Positions 59,040 through 64,000 of a stretch of DNA of 64,000 nt are shown piece by piece; the first letter of the stretch is position 1, and every line of letters starts with the position of its first letter. The DNA lies in assembly GCA_944381575.1 (NCBI GenBank), contig CALWLS010000003.1:128760-192759 (forward strand), in the 5' to 3' direction. The notes beneath the pieces are model-generated. The model saw only the letters and a list, made by a program, of their open reading frames with translations, was not told where the DNA came from and made no database searches. The translations under genes and the position numbers were made by a program. The stretch comes from an uncultured Lachnospiraceae bacterium (GTDB lineage: Bacteria > Bacillota > Clostridia > Lachnospirales > Lachnospiraceae).

Positions 59040-60107
59040 ATGAGAATGCATACTCACGAAGTAAGGATAGGAGATGTTACGATAGGGGGCACGGCTCCCA
59101 TCACCGTCCAGTCCATGTGCAATACCAGGACCTCAGATATAGATTCCACTGTAAAACAGATACATAAGCTTGAGGAAGCCGGCTGCGAGATAGTGAGGGT
59201 CGCCGTACCGGACATGGAGGCGGCCAAAGCCCTCGGCAGCATCAGGGAGAAAATAAACGTACCGCTGGTGGCGGATATACATTTCGATCACAGGCTTGCC
59301 ATAGCCTCCATTGAAAACGGAGTCGATAAGATCAGGATAAATCCCGGCAATATAGGAGGTAGCGACAGGCTTAAGGCCGTGGTAAGGGCTGCGGCTTTGA
59401 GAAACGTACCAATAAGAGTGGGAGTCAATTCAGGCTCCCTCGAAAAGGAGCTTATAGCAAAGTATGGAGGCCATGTTACGGCAGAAGGTCTTGTGGATTC
59501 CGCCCTTGATAAGGCACGGATGATAGAGGAGGAGGGCTACGGCAGCATAGTCATAAGCATCAAGGCTTCGGACGTCATGATGTGCGTAAGGGCCCATGAG
59601 ATCATAAGAGACAGGACAGAACATCCACTGCATGTGGGCATAACAGAGGCCGGTACCTCTTGGGCCGGGAATATCAAATCCTCCGTGGGCCTCGGCATAA
59701 TATTGAACGAGGGTATAGGAGATACCATAAGGGTGAGCCTTACCGGTGATCCCGTGGAGGAGGTAAGGAGCGCATGGCTCATATTGAACACCCTTGGATT
59801 AAGGGAGCGGAGAGGCATAGAGGTAGTGAGCTGCCCTACCTGCGGAAGAACGGAGATAGACCTTGTCAGCCTTGCGGGCAAGGTAAACGAGCTCGTAAAG
59901 GATGAAAAATATAAGAATCTAAACATGAAGGTCGCATGTATGGGATGCGTGGTGAACGGCCCCGGCGAGGCAAGGGAGGCTGAGCTTGGCATATGCGGCG
60001 GCAGGAGAGAGGGACTTATCATCAAAAAGGGTAAGATAATAAAAAAGGTTCCGGAAGAAAGGCTGTTAGAGGAATTTAAGGCAGAGCTGGACAAATATAT
60101 AGGATAA
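59040..60107 (+). CDS. ispG: 4-hydroxy-3-methylbut-2-en-1-yl diphosphate synthase
   Basis: 355 aa. ...V.IG.V.IGG.API.VQSM.NT.T.D...T..QI..L..AGCEIVRVAVPD..., Fe-S Cys SCPTCGR...C.GC.VNGPGE. Confidence 0.96.
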   Translation: MRMHTHEVRIGDVTIGGTAPITVQSMCNTRTSDIDSTVKQIHKLEEAGCEIVRVAVPDMEAAKALGSIREKINVPLVADIHFDHRLAIASIENGVDKIRINPGNIGGSDRLKAVVRAAALRNVPIRVGVNSGSLEKELIAKYGGHVTAEGLVDSALDKARMIEEEGYGSIVISIKASDVMMCVRAHEIIRDRTEHPLHVGITEAGTSWAGNIKSSVGLGIILNEGIGDTIRVSLTGDPVEEVRSAWLILNTLGLRERRGIEVVSCPTCGRTEIDLVSLAGKVNELVKDEKYKNLNMKVACMGCVVNGPGEAREAELGICGGRREGLIIKKGKIIKKVPEERLLEEFKAELDKYIG

Positions 60108-60114
60108 GGCGGCA

Positions 60115-63100
60115 ATGAGCAGCAGATTTTCTGATGTTTTTGTAAATTTAAATATGGATATAACGGACAGGGAGCTCATGAAGAACGCTGAGGTCTTAAG
60201 GATCAGCGTTTCAAAGGACAGGAGTTCCCTTACTGTTTACCTGAAAACCACGGAGGATATACCGCGTCCGACCATACTTGCGGCCGAGGAGGCCATAAGG
60301 GAAAAGGTATTTGATAATAAGCGGTTGAGGATAGAGATAGTGGCTCTTGGCGGGGATAATTCCGCTAATGGAAGCTCAAGTCAGGCAGGAGACGGGCAGG
60401 GAGCCATATCAGGCGCCAGGGGCAGCGCTTTAAGGCACACAAGAAAGCCTGGTCAGGACGGATACAAAAAGGCAGAGACTAAATGGACTCCGAAGACCGA
60501 TAAAAAATCCCAGAATCCTGATGTCATATACGGATACGATTTTAAGGGAGAGGCGATGAATATCGCATCTTTGGAGGATGGAGTCGGAGAAGTTATAATA
60601 AATGGCAAAATTTTCGGTTTAGAAATAATAAAAACCAGAAACGAGAAGTTTATTTTCAAGTTCAATATAACTGATGAGACCGATTCAATATCCTGCAGGC
60701 TGTTCTGTGATGAAAACACAAAAAACGAAGTTGAAAAAAGCCTGAAGGAGGGAATGTACATTTCTCTTTCCGGTTCAGTGGAACCTCCTAACCAGTATAC
60801 GCCGGAGCTTACCATAGGCAGGATAAGGAGCATCAAAAAGGTGGTGGACCCGAAAAACAGCCGCATGGATGAGCATGAGGGCGAAAAGAGGGTGGAACTG
60901 GATCTTCATACCAAGATGAGCGATATGGACGGCATAGGAGACATCAAGGAGTACATAAACCTTGCCGTCAAATGGGGCTGGAAAGCCTTATGTATCACTG
61001 ATAATAATTCCGTACAGGTCTTCCCTGCGGCGGCCCACTCGCTGCCAAAGGGGTCGGATCTTAAACTCATGTACGGCGTTACTGGAAGCCTTGTAAATGA
61101 TGATAAGAATGCAGTAAGGCATCCAAGGGGCCAGAGCCTGGACGGAGAATTTGTCGTATTCGATATCGAGACTACCGGATTTTCCATGAAAAAGGACAGG
61201 ATAATCGAGATCGGAGCCGTCAAGATCAAAAACGGCGTCATTACTGACAGATTTTCGGAGTTCATAGATCCGGAGAGACCTATACCAAAGCGTATAACGG
61301 AGCTTACCACCATTACCGACGATCAGGTAAGGGGAGCGGGGAATTATCAGCACTGGATACCTGAGTTTATCAAATTCATAGGCGGGGATGATATACCGGT
61401 AGTAGGACATAACGCCATGTTTGATGTGGGCTTCGTTAAAAACTACGCCGGACTTTTGGGGATCAGGTTCGATCCTACGGTGGTGGATACTCTCGGTCTT
61501 TCCCATATGCTCTTAAAGAGGCTCTTCAGGAATAAGCTGGACAACATTGCCAAGGAGCTCAATGTAACCCTTTCCACCCATCACAGGGCAGTAGCGGATG
61601 CGGAGGCTACGGCGGGCATATTCCTTGCCTTTGTAAAAATATTAAAGGACCGCGGCATAACCGACCTCGATATGCTCCATGCTGCAGATGAGATGGATGC
61701 GGAAACCATAAAAAAACTCCATCCATCGCCGTTTACCATGATAGCTTTGAACGACCTTGGACGCACAAACATGTACAGGCTCGTGTCGGCGGCCCATATC
61801 GACTATCTGTATAATGAACCGAGGATGCCGAAATCCGTCGTAAACTCCTTAAGGGAAGGCTTACTCATAGGAAGCGGAAACGAGGAGGGAGAGCTGTACG
61901 ACGAGGTCTTAAGGGGCGTGGGAGATGATGAGCTCATGGAGCACGCGGCCTTTTATGATTACTTTGAACTGGTACCGCCTTCCGCCATAAGCTATCTCAT
62001 AAATGAGGACAGCTCGCCGGTGGAGAGCATGGAGGATATCTATGAGGCGGAAAGGCGCATAGCCGAGATCGCCACGAGACTTGGAAAGCCGGTAGTCGCT
62101 GCGGGCAACACCCATTTTGCCGAAAAGGGAGAATCCGTTTACAGGAAGATAATCAAGTATTTTGAATTTTCCTCAAAGGGACGGAGGTTCAACGAGGAAA
62201 AATACACGGCGGAGCTGTACTTAAGGACCACGGACGAGATGCTTGAGGAGTTCAGCTTCCTTGGAGAGGAGCTGTCAAGAAAGGCCGTCATTGAGTATCC
62301 TTCCATGATCGCCGACATGTGTGAACGCATAGAGCCGGTAAGGCCTGACAAATGCCCTCCGGTAATAGAGAACTCCGATGAGGAGCTTAAGAATTCCTGC
62401 TATGAGACCGCAAAGAGCATGTACGGCGAGGAACTTCCAAAGATAGTAAAGGACAGGCTTGATAAGGAGCTTAACTCCATCATCAGTAACGGCTATTCAG
62501 TCATGTACATCATAGCCAGGAGGCTGGTCCAGGACAGCATGGAGCACGGTTACCTGGTGGGATCAAGAGGTTCGGTGGGATCTTCCCTTGCGGCCACCTT
62601 TGGAGGCATTTCCGAGGTCAATCCGCTGCCGCCTCATTACAGGTGTCCGAAGTGCCATTTTTCGGACTTTGACTCGGATATAGTAAAGGAGTACAGCACC
62701 AGGACGGGCTACGACATGCCTGACAGGGACTGCCCGGTGTGCGGGACGAAGCTCATAAAGGATGGTTTTGACATACCTTTTGAGACCTTCCTTGGATTTA
62801 AGGGTGATAAGGAGCCGGATATAGACCTTAATTTTGCCGGAGATTACCAGCCGAAGGCCCACGCCTATACAGAGGTGCTGTTCGGAGAGGGGCAGACCTA
62901 CAAGGCCGGTACCATAGGCACGGTGCAGGATAAGACAGCCTATGGCTATGTGCTGAGATATAACGAGGATCACAGTGATGAGTCCCATCCAGTAAGGATG
63001 AGGAAGGCTGAGATAGAGAGGCTTGCCATGGGGTGTACGGAGATAAGGCGTACCACTGGACAGCATCCCGGCGGCATAGTCGTCCTTCCCCACGGCGAGG

Positions 63101-64000
63101 AGATGAGCACCTTTACGCCGATACAGTATCCGGCAAATGACGTTACCAGCATGGTGACGACGCATTTTGATTATCACAGCATAGACCATAACCTTCTAAA
63201 GCTGGATATCCTCGGAAAGGATGATCCTTCCATGGTGCGCCAGCTTCAGGACCTTACGGGGCTCGATCCGATGGACATACCGATAGGGACGCCGGAGATA
63301 ATGTCTCTGTTTGCCAATACTGAGTCTCTTGGGATAACCCCTGACGATATAGGAGGAACGCCCTGCGGGACCATGGGAGTGCCGGAGTTCGGAACGGATT
63401 TTGCCATGCAGATGCTTTTGGAGGCGAAGCCTCATTATGTGTCGGACCTTGTGCGCATAGCCGGGCTTGCCCACGGCACCGACGTCTGGCTGGGAAATGC
63501 CCAGAAGCTTATAAGCGAGGGCACCTGTACCATAGATACGGCCATCTGTACCCGTGACGACATCATGATCTATCTCATAGGCATGGGGATGGATCCGGGT
63601 ATGAGCTTTAAGATAATGGAGCTGGTACGAAAGGGAAAATTCCCTAAGGATTCCAACCATGAGATGTACTGTAAGGAAATGAAGGCTCATGGAGTCCCTG
63701 ACTGGTATATATGGTCCTGCGATACCATAAAGTACATGTTCCCTAAGGCCCACGCGGCGGCATATGTAGTCATGTCCTGGAGGATAGCATATTATAAGGT
63801 GCATTATCCTCTGGCCTACTATACGGCATACTTTACCGTAAAGGGAAAGGGCTTTGACTATGAAAAAATGTGCGTGAGCCTGCCAAAGCTCAGACAGGGC
63901 TTAAGCGAGCTTAAGGAGAAGATGAACCAGAAGGACGTGACCGCAAACGATAAGCTCATGTACAGGGACATGCGCATCGTTGAGGAAATGATGGCCCGAG
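60115..64000 (+). CDS. polC: DNA polymerase III PolC-type, 5' partial (runs off the window end)
   Basis: Frame is open from the ATG at 60115 to the window end, and the gene is not in the ORF track. OB region, PHP (LHTKMSDMDG...), exonuclease FVVFDIETTGFS, zinc finger (CPKCH...CPVCG), polymerase core (...HPGGIVV.P...). Confidence 0.93.
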   Translation, partial: MSSRFSDVFVNLNMDITDRELMKNAEVLRISVSKDRSSLTVYLKTTEDIPRPTILAAEEAIREKVFDNKRLRIEIVALGGDNSANGSSSQAGDGQGAISGARGSALRHTRKPGQDGYKKAETKWTPKTDKKSQNPDVIYGYDFKGEAMNIASLEDGVGEVIINGKIFGLEIIKTRNEKFIFKFNITDETDSISCRLFCDENTKNEVEKSLKEGMYISLSGSVEPPNQYTPELTIGRIRSIKKVVDPKNSRMDEHEGEKRVELDLHTKMSDMDGIGDIKEYINLAVKWGWKALCITDNNSVQVFPAAAHSLPKGSDLKLMYGVTGSLVNDDKNAVRHPRGQSLDGEFVVFDIETTGFSMKKDRIIEIGAVKIKNGVITDRFSEFIDPERPIPKRITELTTITDDQVRGAGNYQHWIPEFIKFIGGDDIPVVGHNAMFDVGFVKNYAGLLGIRFDPTVVDTLGLSHMLLKRLFRNKLDNIAKELNVTLSTHHRAVADAEATAGIFLAFVKILKDRGITDLDMLHAADEMDAETIKKLHPSPFTMIALNDLGRTNMYRLVSAAHIDYLYNEPRMPKSVVNSLREGLLIGSGNEEGELYDEVLRGVGDDELMEHAAFYDYFELVPPSAISYLINEDSSPVESMEDIYEAERRIAEIATRLGKPVVAAGNTHFAEKGESVYRKIIKYFEFSSKGRRFNEEKYTAELYLRTTDEMLEEFSFLGEELSRKAVIEYPSMIADMCERIEPVRPDKCPPVIENSDEELKNSCYETAKSMYGEELPKIVKDRLDKELNSIISNGYSVMYIIARRLVQDSMEHGYLVGSRGSVGSSLAATFGGISEVNPLPPHYRCPKCHFSDFDSDIVKEYSTRTGYDMPDRDCPVCGTKLIKDGFDIPFETFLGFKGDKEPDIDLNFAGDYQPKAHAYTEVLFGEGQTYKAGTIGTVQDKTAYGYVLRYNEDHSDESHPVRMRKAEIERLAMGCTEIRRTTGQHPGGIVVLPHGEEMSTFTPIQYPANDVTSMVTTHFDYHSIDHNLLKLDILGKDDPSMVRQLQDLTGLDPMDIPIGTPEIMSLFANTESLGITPDDIGGTPCGTMGVPEFGTDFAMQMLLEAKPHYVSDLVRIAGLAHGTDVWLGNAQKLISEGTCTIDTAICTRDDIMIYLIGMGMDPGMSFKIMELVRKGKFPKDSNHEMYCKEMKAHGVPDWYIWSCDTIKYMFPKAHAAAYVVMSWRIAYYKVHYPLAYYTAYFTVKGKGFDYEKMCVSLPKLRQGLSELKEKMNQKDVTANDKLMYRDMRIVEEMMAR

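Noticed and set aside
62563-63804. Two long minus-strand ORFs (208 and 202 aa) inside the polC region
   Set aside because: The + strand frame encodes clear PolC motifs continuously from 60115 to the window end. The supplied ORF track omits polC, and I assume that is because it has no stop in the window. The antisense ORFs are artefacts.
1-64000. Scanned for a defence island, prophage, toxin-antitoxin pairs, transposases or integrases
   Set aside because: Every sizeable ORF is assignable to housekeeping functions or conserved hypothetical families. There are no mobile-element hallmarks, and I noticed no strong compositional discontinuity by eye beyond short AT-rich promoter regions.

Overview
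This window is core housekeeping DNA from a Clostridia-class Firmicute, probably Lachnospiraceae-like, at roughly 50% GC. Almost all genes are on the + strand. I found no mobile elements, CRISPR arrays, prophage genes or recognisable defence genes.

Gene content in order:
- 2-5002: tail of a DnaC/DnaI-like gene, long-form prs, an acyltransferase-3 membrane protein, a convergent SAM methyltransferase, and a secreted protein made of cell-wall-binding repeats.
- 5375-21384: the complete S10-spc-alpha ribosomal superoperon, rpsJ to rplQ. It includes secY, adk, map, infA, rpsD, rpoA and rpmJ, which the ORF track missed.
- 21525-32396: thyA-DHFR, a pseudouridine synthase, hslO, comEA, asp23, nusB, xseAB, ispA, tlyA, nadK, argR and recN.
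- 32393-37841: a DUF212 protein, a PrsA-like lipoprotein, htpG, an M18 aminopeptidase and a NusG-II domain protein.
- 38086-42544: tRNA-Val and tRNA-Met, a SIMPL lipoprotein on the minus strand, a TIGR01440 protein, and ispF-cysS-mrnC.
- 42776-50916: a TAXI-type TRAP transporter, punA, an AlaX editing protein, degV, pgeF and gpsA.
- 50952-64000: a 905-aa GTPase-nuclease fusion, then pyrH-frr-uppS-cdsA-dxr-rseP-ispG and the 5' part of polC.

The best candidate for something new is the 905-aa ORF at 50952-53669. It joins a TetM/EF-G-like translational GTPase in frame to an intact Rae1/YacP-type NYN endoribonuclease domain. The usual stand-alone yacP position downstream of cysS-mrnC is empty in this window.

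Secondary oddities:
- A Lys/Pro/Ala-rich C-terminal tail on S10.
- Three unusually long spacers or leaders inside the r-protein cluster, at least two with clear stem potential. The rpsM-rpsK spacer holds an SD-preceded 25-codon sORF that ends just before rpsK.
- Lineage-specific insertions in L17, DHFR and HtpG.
- A 23-nt tandem repeat array upstream of the tRNA promoter.
- A perfect 18-bp palindrome next to a consensus promoter for the TRAP operon.

Everything here comes from reading the sequence and translations by eye. No database search was run.
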